NCBI GenBank assembly: GCA_036172245.1
Contig: JAYWIR010000002.1
Coordinates: 6,324,001-6,388,000, forward strand
Source of the DNA: Raillietiella orientalis
Lineage: Eukaryota
DNA: 64,000 nucleotides
Direction: 5' to 3'
Shown: positions 50,030 through 62,599 of the stretch, piece by piece
How the letters are laid out: every line of letters starts with the position of its first letter
How positions within the stretch are numbered: position 1 is the stretch's first letter
Translations under genes and position numbers: made by a program
The notes under the pieces: generated by a model
What the model was told of the DNA's origin: nothing
The model's database searches: none
What the model saw: only the letters and a program-made list of their open reading frames with translations

Positions 50030-50470
50030 CTCTCTTCTCCGTCGTTCTGCAGGAGATGCAGCGGCAAGACCGCGAGGAAATGCAGAAGGAACACGAAGCG
50101 CGCCGAGAAGAAGAGCGGGACAGTCTGCATGTGACTAGATCCAATAAAGACACGTCAGCGAGCCTGGGACATGGTGGCGATGGAGCCAAGGACGACGGGC
50201 GAGGTTAGCGGCAGAGTAAGAAAGTAACGACGTGCTACCACGAACCCGCGACGTCCCTTCGAGCTGGAGGAAGAGCGGAGGCGAGCCGCTGAGCTGGAGA
50301 TGATCCGAAGGCCTGAAGGTGATCCGTCGACACAATGATCAGCCAATGATCCAGAGATGAGCCGATAGCATGATGATCAGCCAATGATCCGGAACGCGTC
50401 GATACGATGATCAGGCAGCCATCGGCATGGAAGGATGAGCCGACAGCATGGAGATGAGGCAATGATCATC
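50030..50470 (+). repeat. Family C repeat with internal tandem motifs
   Basis: TGATCAGCCAATGATCC x2 and GATGAGCCGA(T/C)AGCATG x2; homologous to 24765-25190 (-). Confidence 0.7.
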
Positions 50471-53400
50471 CTGCAGGATAAACGCAACTTACTAGCTGCA
50501 GGTCTCACTGATGGCAAAACAGATTGACCACTTAAATAATAAATCAGGAAGAGCACCTGTGGGGCCTTCCTTAGTGCATTTCTAAAGAGATGGTAATGAT
50601 GACGACGTCTGAGAACAATGTGCGAAAGGTGGGAATCCATGCGCATGAAGGAAAGCGGTGAGCACATTCCAGCCTCTGAGAGGCACATCAGCTGCATCTC
50701 AAAGGAGGAAAGAGGAACACTCAGCTTCAGACTCAGTAGTTACGGAAACTGAAATGGAGAAGGCGGAGAGGAAGCCGGGAGAGAAGATGTGGTTGGTTGA
50801 GGAAGCTGGACTTGGAGCGAGAGCTGCCCGCTCATCCCTCTAGCTGTCCCTCCCCACAAGCTTTAGGCCTCTGGGTCGCTGGAGTGATCTAGGAGGGCCA
50901 GATGGTCACCCGGAGCTCCGATGACACCCTAATCTGTGGAAGGAGGGCCGTCGCTTACGGGAGGGCCGTCTCTTCGGTAGAATTGGGCGCCTTCTGCCTG
51001 CGGAACCTCTTTCTCTTGCAGAAGCGCCCTCGTTCTGCCCAGGTTTGCGGCCCCGCAGGCCACAAACCCTTCCTCACGCTCTTCTTTCCTGCTGCTCCTG
51101 GATTGTCTCTTCGGTCTTGCCTCTCGCACCCCGGAGCTCGGCGCAGGAGACACCAGCAGTGCGGTCTCTCTGCGTCGGAAGGCGGGAACCCAATAAACCC
51201 GCGCGCTCCCGGAGCCCCCGATCTTCCCGCCGACGTGACAGAACGCGTGTCAGGGAGTGAGCGTGGGTGACTGATCTCCTCTCCCGAGGGGAAGATCCTC
51301 ACTCAATCCTCTTGCTGACAAGCTGACAAGTTCAGTCGGAGATGAGAAACGGCTGGGCCCCCTTTTGCCGTCGAGGAATTGAAAGGTGACGCACGGGCCG
51401 CGCCGGCAAGTGGACGTGGGGAAGATGCCTGTAGCGGGGTGGGGAGTGGAAGGAATGGAACCAGACTTCCCCTTCCCCTTCTCGGAAGGGGTTCCGTTGG
51501 CTCCTGGAAAGAGAAATGGCTGCGCTCCAGCGTACGTGATTGAGAAGAGGTCAAGGGCCCTCCTGCGACAGCCCGGTTTTCGCCCCACGCGCTTTATCAT
51601 TGGGCCACTCTCGCCGCGGTGGTGCTGCCTCACCCAAATAGAGTCTTTGCTTGCGGTAGGATCGAGAGGCGGGAGAGGCACCGAGCTGTCCCCATCAAAC
51701 CTCGGAAGCCCCTGGAAGAGTGGTGGGCGGGCCTTCGGGCTCGCGCGCGCGTGGACGTCGCGGGAGACGCGGGAGGGGGTCGGCGCCAGCGCCCCCTCGG
51801 CCGTCCACGCTAGCGCCAACTTACCGCGCGCGGGGGGTGGGTAGGAGCGGGCTGGCTTGCCCCTCGCGACCCGACTTGTTCCGACGACCTCTCTCCACAG
51901 ACTCAGGACGGCAGGCAGCCCCTGGGAGGGCGCGTCCAGTCGGAGCCACAAAGGCCGCGGGAACCCTTCAGCGCTCCCTCCTCCCTCGTTCGAAAACAGC
52001 CCGCGACGCAGAGCGCGCCCTCCAGCGTCCTCGGTCTCTGTTCCGTAGTCAACGGTGACTTCCTCTGCTGACGATCAGCAGCCAGGAGGCTTGAAGGCTC
52101 CCAACAGGTGGCTGCAAGGGGATGAGCTTCCTGACCCGTTTCTGGGGCTCCAGGTGGGGTCGCCAAGGGTGCGGCGCCCTGAAAGATACGTTCGGCCAGA
52201 CAGGAGGATCCTCCTTCGGTAGGAGAGGGCGCTGCTTGACGGTCCGGAGCTCCCGGAGGAGCGAAATCGAGTAATGAGCTCGCTTCCGAGCTGCTTCCGG
52301 GATCCTCGATGCGGGGAGGGACTCGGGCAGGGTGTGTGTGGGTAGGGTGTCACCGTTGTCGCGTCTCCTTCTACAGCTGCCTCTCTTCCTGCTTCCTCGC
52401 CCAAGCCCTCGTGACATCGGGCGGCACGGGAGCCGTAAGAACGGTTGCCGGCAGCCTCTCTCTTCCAGATAGTCCTTCAGAATGTCCCTGGAGGTTCCCC
52501 CCTGGCGTACGGGTGCCAGGAACCGGCTCACGGCCCCGTGCGCCTCCCACCCCATCCGGCGATGATTCCAACAAATGGAACGGGACTCTATCCCGGCGAC
52601 AATCCCGTTTGATTCTTCTTTGATCATCGATTTCCAATTCCCCAAGTTTCGGATTGCTCCCTGATTAATTTACACAGACTCTTCCCGTCCCGGCCGTTTC
52701 ATCTGCAGGGTCGTTTCCGCTCGCGTCCCGGACGCTTCCAGCGAGAGTCGCTGCAGTATCTCGGCAAACCGAATTCACTTCTCCCTCCTCTTCCCTTCCC
52801 CCCCTCTTCTTCTTCCCTTTCTTTTTCCTTTTTTTGCCGAGCTGACGGGAAATCCGCAAGCGGGCGCGGCACCAGCGAGGAGCTCTCGGGCGTGGGCGTC
52901 GTCTCACCGACGTCACACTCCTCTCTTCCTTCGTCTCCTACTCCCTCCTGTCCAAGTGCGGCAGTTCTTTGGCCAGCGCTCTACCCTTAAAGGTTTAGAT
53001 TCGAGCTTGCCCGGCGTTCTCGTCATCGCCTTGGGGGCTGTCCAGCTCCCAGACTCTACGGAGACATCTGGCAGGGCAGTCATGGCGCTCCCTTGCTCCC
53101 CTCCGCGGGTCGGCGGCCACTTTCGGAAGCGGACAGCGTATCAACAGCAGGGAAGGGAGGTAGGTGTCCTATGCCAGCGAACCGCCGAAACATGACCGAG
53201 CTGGGAGGCAGGAGGGGAACGGGCTGCCCCTCGAGTCCTGATTTGCTGACTTCGCCCGGGTAAGCGGAAGATCAGGTTCAGGCTGCACCGTGGTCAGTCT
53301 CCTCATCTCCCCCATGGCCCAGCAGAACTGTGGGAGGAAACTCCCTGCTTTACAAAAATAACTCTCCTGGAGGAGCCGACCTGCCCTGGTCAGACACCAC

Positions 53401-55899
53401 CACCTTCCCCGCCTGGCGATCCACCTGCGGACCCAGGTACACCGGGCCCGAGCGCGGATCTTCGTGTCTACTTGCACCCTAGGGTGACCAGGGGATCTTT
53501 CTCTTACAGTGGAGGGGACGCCGGGGGTCTCGACCGATCTTCCCGCATGCAGGTCACTAGAAGGAGAGAGTTAAGCAACGCAGGGACGGATTTGCTGTCG
53601 GGCCCGCTAGAGCCGACGTGCAGGGAGCGCCTGCATCCTTCCTGCTTCATCTCTTCTCCTGCAGCATCCACGGGGAGCGGAGGGAGGAAAGGAAAGGGAA
53701 GAGTCACTCCCGGAGGGCGTTCTCTAGGAAACCTCGGATCGCCCTCTTCGAAGTCCAGGACTTCCGGAGACCGACAGGAGACCCGCTGGTTCTTGTCCGC
53801 AGCCTTCGGAGCCGCTCCTCTATCGGATCCGAAGGGTGTGGGGATTTTGCTCTGGGGTTGGGGGGAGGAGGAATTGCTAGGCGGGGGGGCTGCTGCTCGA
53901 TGACGTAAACGGGCCCACAGACGGGGCCGCTTCTGGGAGCTCTTGATGTTCCTCTTCGTCTCCGCGGAAGAATGCTACAAAGGCCGCACAGCGAAGTCCC
54001 GGGAAACCCCCCGGAGCTCCGGGTTCCGGCCGGCGACGTCGGATCAAACGGTCTGCACGCGGAGACCGCGCCCACAGCAGACCCTCCGCCTTGAGGAGCG
54101 GCTCAGACGGACGCCTCCCCACTGCCCCCCTCGCTGTGACTCAGCACCAGGCGCCCGTCCTTCATCCCAGGATTCAGGATGCTCATCCCGCTGGTCTTCC
54201 TCCCTCGTGTCCCACGGGAAGGACGGCAGTAAGGGGAGGGAAGCTGCGAGATGGATACGGTAGGCAGGAAGAGCATTGTACCGAAGCAGCTCTGACCTCT
54301 ACGGAGGTCCTTCGAGTCTTCCCGCCCTCAGAGCTGGCGAGCAGATCCAAGGAGGGAGCAGAGAGAGCTTTGCCAGGGCGACATTCTCTCCGCCTCCGTT
54401 GAGAGCACTGGCCGGCCTGTTTTCTCCCCGCTGCCCAGGGTTCTTCCGAAAACGCACATTCAGAGCACATCGGGATAAAGAGGAGCGTGAAAGAAGGGGG
54501 GACAACCTCTCCATCTGCCCAGAGGGCACGGAAAAGCTCCATTTTTCCCGGAAACAGACGGGAAAAGGTCCTGCTGGAGAAAAGGATGAAAAAATCTGGA
54601 CGGAAGAGAACCTCCTGTTTGCGGAAAGGGGCTGCCGAAGGAAGGAATGCTGGTCGGCAGACCGGGTTTAGCTTCACCAAAGCGAAGAGACCTCTGACCC
54701 CTCTTGCGCGCCCGGGAGGAACCGGCCTCCCTTCACCAGAGAATCGCATCCGGGAGGCTGAGATTCTGCCCGTCTCCTCGGGTGTCTGCAGGCAGCGGAA
54801 CGTCGTCCAGTCCGAGGTCCCACAAAGGACGGCGGTCTCCCCGATCCCCGACTTCCATTCGCGAGAAAGGGGTACTGGGCCTTCCAGGGAAGCCTCGGAT
54901 AAAGTGAGGGACAGCAGTGACATTTCCTGGCAGCTTCGGGAGAGCCGCGTGCGAGGAAGGGACCTCGACTACAAGCTCATTCCTCCCTCACGGCCCCCGG
55001 GAAAGGGGAGTCAATCGGGCGCCCGCCGAGTTCTTTTCAGGGCGTCTCCCGCTACTTCCCACTGAAGGCACGCTGAGGGCCCACAAAAATCCGTCCCTTT
55101 GAAGACGAGCTGCTTGGAACTGACGGAGACCCTCCAGACATTTGGATTCATACAGAGACATCCCGGAAAGGGCCCGTGCACCGCCCTCTTTTCCGAAACA
55201 CGACTCGGGAAAGTGGGGAAGCCTTCCTCCGGCGGTGCGCTTCCCGGAGAAGTCCATGGGTATCGGAGAGCTCCACGGAATTCTATCCGTCCATCGTCGC
55301 CCACTCCACCTCTCGGGTAGACTCCCGCGAAGCTCCGAGTGGGATCAGGAAGCGTTCCTTCTGAAGAGGGAGGGGCACAGACTCCTAGCAGTACTAAAAA
55401 GGGTTGCCGGGGGGCACCCGGCTGCCGGCACATGATTAGGCGGTAGCGATTTGTTTGGTTCCAAGGTGTCAGTCCCTCCTCTCCTCACCGGTCGCGGCTG
55501 CATCCGGGATGCTGGATAGGAGGATCGTATCCTCTCGGTCGACCTCCCTTCCCTCCGCCGGGGTGAAGCGAGCTCTCCGCTCCTCCCGGACGCAGACTTT
55601 TTCTCGTTTTCTTCCCGATGACCCGTGCACGGGGGCGAAGGGAGGAAGGAAACACCTGCCATCTGGCGGTGACCTTCCGAACATACCTTGCGAAGGCCAC
55701 CCCCGCCCGGCTCGGGTCACAGAGCGCCTCCTGCAGCCCAGCGTGAGTCCACCAGAAGGGTTGCCTGGCAAACACAACGCGGCGGGGAGTCCGTCATCAC
55801 CGTGACACCTCCTTGAGGAGGACAGCGAAGTGCCCGCTCCCGATCGACCTTCAGGTGCATACCGCACAGGATGCAGAGCTACGGCGACCCCTGCCTCCT

Positions 55900-58145
55900 C
55901 CGCCCCTTCACCAGCTGGAAAGCCTCAGCATCTTTTGCTTTCCTGGGCTTGCCCTTTCCTTTCTCCGCCCGAGGCGGCGTCGCCTGAGAATCGCCCGGTT
56001 TTCCACCAGTCCATGCGGAACTCTTCGAGCCCTGGCAGAAGACATCTCCCTGATTCCGGTTGCTCGCGTCATTTTCCGTTTTTTTTTTTGGTTTGTTTGC
56101 TGCCGCGATTCTCGCGTCCTGGAGCGACCGGGCATCACGAAAACCGCCCGGCAGTCGTTGCTAAAGCTCTCGTTCTCCCCTCTTCCACTTGCGCCGGACC
56201 CAATTCGGCAATGCCGTTCTTTGGTCAGCCAAGAGACGACCCTTCCTCAGTTCCGGTGTCCAAGCCGCGAGGGTCCGCGAGGAGATGGAGCCCTCCTACG
56301 GCTTCCAGCATTTCTCGTGCCGCGCCATGCTCCCCCCCTTCCTATCTGCGGCTGCTCCGGGCGGCTCTGCTCCCGGATGGGTTAACGGCACACCTCCGGT
56401 CTGATGTATCCGCAAGGACCGCAGAGACTGTCTGGCTGCCGACTCAGCCTCAGGAGCCAGCAGATCCATGGGCATGCGACCGAGCTGCCCGTCGCCTGGG
56501 TTCATCCTGCCGGGCAGCGGGGAACAACGTGTGAGTTTGCAACCGGAAGTGGAGAGGATTACGACGGTCTCCTCCGATATTCCTCGCCCCTGCGTGACCG
56601 TAACACGGGTGGCACCAGGTGCGCACCACGGGAAGAGCCAACCAGAAATGCAGCCCGTCGAGATCTGGTGACGCACGGGGGGCGATGGACAGGGGCGGCT
56701 GAACGCGGCGGAACTTGAGACTGCCACGTGGCGCCAGGTGGACGCGAGGCACGGAATACGTTTTCAGTTTGCGGAAAAATCCGTACGCAGGATGGCTGTT
56801 CAGATTCCCACCGGGGGAAGACGATCAAGGCGCATAGGAGGTGCCACGGCAAACGAGTGTTCTTGAACCAGCAACCTTGCTGGGAGAGGTTGCCGGGAAT
56901 CTTGCTTCCGCTCAGCGCACCGGATCAATCGAAGGCTGTAAGAATACATGAGGATCCCAGGATGGGGTCGAGATCGCCATCGACGCGGGAAGACCTTCCG
57001 ATGAGAAACGAAACCACCACCCTCCCTTCAAGGAGCGAGCCGGATTCCCTCTTTTCTGCGGGACGGAGCGCCTCTCCCGGAGAGTTCGGAGTTTCCCAAA
57101 GACGGCGGGTGTGCCATGCGAAGGCTCCTGGAAATTCCGTCGTTCTCCTAGAGACGGTGCCATCCATCGCGCCTGCGCACTTATAGGAGAAATCCCAGGA
57201 GGTGCCAGGGCGCCTCCTGGGACTCTCGGGACACGTCGCGCGTCCCTCCCTTCATCGGCGGAATGCCTGGACGGCGTGGATGCTCCTGTAGAGTGGGAGA
57301 TAGGACGCACCCTCCGAGGACTCCGTTGCTCAGACGAAAAAGAAGACGAAGAGCCCACAGAGGCCGATGGAATTCCTCTGCGCTGTCCCGTACGAACTGC
57401 GAGATCTTGGAAGCCTCCCGACGGACGCTTCCCTCCTTTCTCTTCCAGTGGCACCGAGACCTCGCTCGAATATCAGCCTGAAGGAAAGGCCTCCAAGGAA
57501 CGCACCCGCTGCGGAAGAGTGGGCACCACTTCCTCTCTGGAATGCACCGGAGAATACAGCAGGGATGCGAACGCATCCTACAGGGGAACGATGCAACTTT
57601 CCGCCAACCACCCGCAGGACCTTCTCAGAGCAAAGTCGACCTGCCCCGGGGGGTCTCCGGCTGCATTCATCGCCTTGTGACTCCTGACACGCGCGCGCGC
57701 ATCGCGGAGGCTGCCCCAATCGAGGAAGGGTGACGGCGTCACCATGGAGGACCGTTTGAGATTGCCATCGATCTGTACGCAAAGGGGAAAAAGCGGCCTG
57801 AAGAGTGGGACTGCCGGTAGCAACTCTCCGGCAGCTGCGGGCCGGAGGAGGTGTGTGTGGTCTCCAAGGCATGGATAAGAACGAGAGGAAGATGTCGAGA
57901 CTTTGGAGATGACCTGTCCCGACGCAGGACCTCGGAAATCGCGCTCATTACCCGCGAGGGCCAGTCCATCCCGTTCCCTGTTCATTTATTTATCACTGGC
58001 TTTCCTTCCCTTCTAGCCAACCCTCTCCAGCCTGGTCCTCAGAGAGGTCGGTCCCTTTCGTTTCCGAACTGCAGATCTTGGCGCTCCCCGACTGCAAAGA
58101 TTTTATTTACTTATTCTAAATTAATGACCCCGCGATTCGGGAAAA
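55900..58145 (+). mobile_element. Heavily decayed LINE ORF2 remnant with 3' UTR
   Basis: RIARF (RID+F-like), KGLQGTHPL (RG.RQG.PL-like), WIRTRGRCRDFG (KYLG-like); UTR at 57970-58125; AATTAAT then GACCCCGCGATTCGGGAAAA (shortened tag-like). Confidence 0.45.
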
Positions 58146-59311
58146 GTCGGGAGGGAAGCGGGGATCCTAGAGCCGGACACCAGGACGCAGATCAAAGAAA
58201 TGCCAACCCATACCTTGAACCTCCAGGGAGTGAAGGACTCTCCGGCGAAACTCCCGGAGCCACCAGAGGGGCCGGCGCAGCAGCTGCTAGGAATCCCCTC
58301 CAGCGGCTTCAGGATTCTCGCAGGGAAGACCGGAGGCGCTGGGGGAATCCGGGCGAAGGGAAGGGTCGCGCCAAACATTCCCCGACAGCTGATGAGTTGC
58401 ACGGCGCGGCGGGGGCTGCTTCCGGCCGCCAGCTGCTCCACCGACCACATCCCGAGCTCAAGCGCAGGCTGCACCTGATCTTCCCCCCGGCCACGGGGAA
58501 GGAACAACCGGATCGAACTCTTCATCAGTGCCACGGGATTTGCGCTTCCAGAGTCGCAGAGTTATGACCAGTATCGTGCTCCAGCCCGTTTCCGTCGTGG
58601 GAGGGGCAGCCCCATCAATCCAGGCGGAAGGGCACCATTCCAGCAATTCATAAATTTCAAGGGGGAGAAATCAAGATCCCGGCTCCCGGAGTCCAGAGGA
58701 AATCTCCAGGGTCCGGACGCGAGGTCGGACGTCGCGATCAATCGCGCTGCGCGGGAATCCGGAAACTTTCTCCCGGCGGACGCATGCAGGGAAAGCAGAA
58801 ATTCCCTCCCCATCTGGAGTGAGGAGAGAGCGGGAGGCAATGGAACCGGTCGAGGTCGTGAGGACGTTTCCAAGCTTCAGAGTTATGGCCATGAGGAGCA
58901 ATGAGGAGGCCGCCGGGATTCGAAGCGATCCTCCACAGAGCCCCTCTCCGTGAAGGAGGCCGAACGAATGATGCGCCTTAGTAGAGCAAGATGCATGCTA
59001 AGGCGTGGACGTGGATCCAGGGGCTCCTTCTGACATCACCGACCACCAGAGTCACGTGTAGCACACCCGGAAAGTTTCTTCCTCCTCTGGAGCCTAAGAA
59101 AGCGTGCTTCTCGGTCACAGTGCCAGACGGACTCCATTCCCGGATAGGGTAAAGGTGTAGGTGGACCTGGCAGCCGCGGGCGGGGTGGTCGCCAAAGCAC
59201 GGGTAAAATGAGAAGATGCTGAGACTGGATTCAGCGGAAGAAATGAAGAACAAATAAATAATTAGGGAACCATCTGGAAGAGAGAGACTCACCCACCCTA
59301 CCAAGAGTTAT

Positions 59312-59907
59312 CACCCGGGTGCGTTGGGGCGTTAGTTTAATGTAAAAGTGAACCTTTACAAAGACCACATGGATTTCAACGGGAACCTGCCGGTATGTAG
59401 GTTTGCCACGGAAGCAGTGAGGAGGGGGAAACAAAAACACAAGGAAACAAAAATAAAAATAAATAAATAAACTTTAAGGGATAGTGGGGTGAGGGAAGCG
59501 GTCACGTTTTGCTGGGGGTGGTCCTCCGCATCCTTTCGAGAATGACAGCAAGCTCTTTCTGTATGCAGTCCTTCAAGTGGGGCCATCTTGTTGCCATCCT
59601 CATGGAACTGACGGCGGAGTGGATGTGAGACCCCTGTCTCTGTGCCCTCTTCTTGAGCCGCTCCAGACCGCTACAATTCCGTGTGGCCAGCAAAGAGCTG
59701 CTAGCGAGGCCGCGGGCCTAAGGGTGTTGCGAACGAAAAAGGGTTTCAGAGTGTCCCTGGAGTTGCCGCCGGGGGTTTTCCTTTGGGTCGCAGCAAAGCA
59801 TTTCCAGAGGGGCCGGAGGGCAACACAATTCACAAGCAGATGCGGGAGGGATTCGCGCTCCCCTCATCTGGCACAGTTCGGGTCCACACACCTTCGTGTC
59901 CAGTGAT
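59312..59907 (-). mobile_element. LINE 3' fragment with terminal tag
   Basis: GERESLPHLLVNC, MRMATRWPHL; AACTAAC then tag GCCCCAACGCACCCGGGTG (59330-59312). Confidence 0.85.
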
Positions 59908-60248
59908 GCTGGCCGCCATCATAGCCATTACCATGGCAGCCGCCTTCGTGAGGACGGCTGCAAGGTGTCCCCATCTGCCAGAAGTAGTCGCCAGGGAGAT
60001 TGCCAGCATCCCGCTCCAGCTGTAGGAAGAAAGGAGCAGCTGAAACTAAGGATCCCTGTCCCTCTCCTTTCCTTTTTTTTTCACTTTATTTACCGTTCCT
60101 TATCTCCCGCTCCTGACTCCCTTAGGAGCCGGACTGCAAGCTAGTGGTCATCCTCATTGTTGTATTTTTGTATTTAAGGAAAACCACCCCATCTGAACTT
60201 GTAATGTATTTATTTTTAAACAAATGTTCTGAAGTGACCGGGTACAAA
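59908..60248 (+). mobile_element. Short LINE 3' fragment with terminal tag
   Basis: MAAAFVRTAARCPHLPEVVAREIA; AACAAAT then tag GTTCTGAAGTGACCGGGTA (60226-60244) CAAA. Confidence 0.8.
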
Positions 60249-60299
60249 GCAAAGGGACCCGTGGTTTCGCCACGCTTCACGTGATCCTGGAGATTCTTC

Positions 60300-60750
60300 A
60301 AATGAAACTGGAGGACGGCGGAAAGACCCAGACATCTTGAACTTCCAGTAGCCTCAAGCAGTGAGAAAAGATCCCGAAGAAACTATCCCGCGCACGGTTG
60401 GGCTCGCAGCCATCGCTCGAGCAAGACCATGGTCAGTACGAAGCTGCTCTTCTACCTGTTTCGGTTGTCCAGGAGGTGAGGCCTGACCACCTAGAAATGA
60501 ATTCGGCTCGTGGAAATTCTGCTACCCTGATGCCGACTTTTTCGAAAATATGAACTTTTAGAGGGTCCTACGCAACTTCTGCATCCATGCCTGGTGTTTC
60601 TAGAATTTTCAAAGGAACAGGGGCTACCTGAAGAATTGAAGGGGGTCTCTGACACAACAACAGCTTCTCCGCACCGTAGCTCTTCAGCGCTGTCCCGGAA
60701 TGAAGCTGCCAAGCTCCCCAGGTGAGGTGTCTCATTTGGCAGCCGACTCA
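60300..60750 (-). mobile_element. LINE APE endonuclease C-terminal remnant
   Basis: TSRIHF (~60500), RTDHGL (~60430) and GYWKF (~60345) occur in the expected order. Confidence 0.65.
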
Positions 60751-61029
60751 CGAAGAAATTCGCTGGAGGAAGGATCTGTGGGGTCGGCAGAGCTCAAATG
60801 ATGGTCTTTGGCTTGGCTTCACGGGTGTACACGAACGTCGGATCAGGTCTGTTCAGGCTCTGCATGGTGGCAGGAAGAGAGAACCCTTTGACATTTTGCG
60901 AATTTCGTGAAGGACATTCAGATGTGATTCTCTGGAAAGACAGTGCAACTGACAAATGCTTCTTTTTCTTTTTTGAAAAAGAGCCGTTGATGCTGAGGCG
61001 TTTATTAAATAGAAAATAAACCAGTTTGG

Positions 61030-61600
61030 AACTCGGTTCCCAGCCGAAAACAAAGTTTATTTGGAGGGTTCACCGACATGCAGGTCGAGATTTCTAAAAG
61101 TCCGGAACGAGAGGACGGAGAGCGGAAATAAATGAATAAAGTGGAGGGTGGAGACGAGGGTCTTTGGTGTGTCTCGTTCCTTCTTGGAAAACCGGGAAAC
61201 GTCCGGAACGAATGGGAAGGGACAAAAGATGAATAAACGAAGGATGGGTGGGAACAAGGGCTACCGGTTCCATCGGTTTCTTCCTTTGACAGGAGGCTCT
61301 GGATGTCAGAGATTCTGTCTTGACTTCCTCTTCAAGGTGAGGCCACCTAGCAGTCGTCCACACGTAGGCGGCTGCCATACGGCTGCCCTCCCTTCGCAGC
61401 GTCACGCCCAGAACGTGGCAGGCCGTGATGACGGCGTAGACGGAACGAATCGTCATGATTCCTGTGCTGGTCGAGAGTACATCGGGCACGAAGGATTGCT
61501 GCAGCAAGTCACGGGCGTGTTCTTCTAGCGCAGGAGTGCTGAAGCCAGTCCTCTGTCGCAGTTCTTGGAGGCCGCTGCAGCCCAAAGCAGGTGGGGACGG
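61030..61600 (-). mobile_element. LINE 3' fragment
   Basis: MAAAYVWTTARWPHLEE; UTR ending AATAAAC at ~61055 followed by an imperfect tag. Confidence 0.7.
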
Positions 61601-61689
61601 TTCGGGACTGTAACCCTCCCCTTCCATCCCCAGAAAAGAGGGTGTAGGCGCTGATTGCATGAAGAATCTCCTACAGGATTGAATGCAGT

Positions 61690-62556
61690 GGTCCCTGATA
61701 ACCGTCACACCTCTTGCTGCAGCGCTGTCTACCCTCAGGGCAAGCAGTGATAGCAGCCAACCGAAGGGGTGGGAGTTTCAAGATAACTGCAGCATCGTAG
61801 GAGTGGAGAAACTTCTCGGCGGCTGCGAGACGAACGAGCAGGTAGACGGCGCCACTCCTCGTCACCAAGCGAAGGAGCTCCTTTGATGGAGCGATCTTGG
61901 CATGTCCCTGGATGGACCCGTGATCCCTTCCGCGTGCGCCGATATTTCCGTGTTCCCGCTCTGTTGAAAACCATAGGATGTTCTGCTGTTTCCATGCTGG
62001 GGGAGTTCTGGCGCAGGTACCTCGCTTCCGGAGGAGTTGCCGTTTCCGAGCTGTTCCAGGTTCAGGGAGATGGAATCGTTCTTGCACCTCTTGTTGAGCT
62101 GCAGCGTCCCGGGGGGCACGTGGCAGCGAATCACTTCGGCGGTCCGTCGACCGCAGGACCTTTCCGCTTTGGACCCGCTGCGGCTCTTCTTCACACAAGG
62201 CGGACTGAAGACGGGCTCTGGGATCGCAACCATCTGTTGCATCCGCGCCATAGAGATAGTCCGCGTTGTGTTGGAATCTCGTTCGCAGAGAATGGAAGTC
62301 ACCATGGCAGCAACCCTCATGAGGACAGCAGCAAGGTGACCTCATCTTCCAGAAGTCGCCAGGGAGATTGCCACGGTTCAAAGAGGTTTCTAGAAATAAA
62401 AGAACGTCTGGATTGGAAGCCGGCCTGCGTGCCGGTAGTTATCCAGGATGAATTTGTTTTTTTCTTTGGTATTTCTCGTGTTTGAGGGGGACTCTTCTTC
62501 CCTTCTTACTTGTAGTTTGTCTTTTTAAATAAACGTCTCAGTGTCTCCGGGTGAAA
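61690..62556 (+). mobile_element. LINE 3' fragment with terminal tag
   Basis: CSRFREMESFLHLLLSC, MAATLMRTAAR; AATAAAC then tag GTCTCAGTGTCTCCGGGTG (62535-62553) AAA. Confidence 0.85.
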
Positions 62557-62599
62557 GACTGAAGTTCCGAGTGCAGAATATTGGTGAATGCAGGAAACG

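Noticed and set aside
6525..62556. Tags as CRISPR repeats, Helitron 3' hairpins or LTR primer-binding sites
   Set aside because: They are dispersed rather than arrayed, have TSDs and no CTRR end. The start resembles tRNA 3' ends (TCCCCGGCA.., TCCCCGACG..) but there is no CCA/TGG terminus and no LTR.
59312..62556. Back-to-back tagged fragments as single double-ended insertions
   Set aside because: The outer flanks share no TSD, so independent nested insertions explain them equally well.
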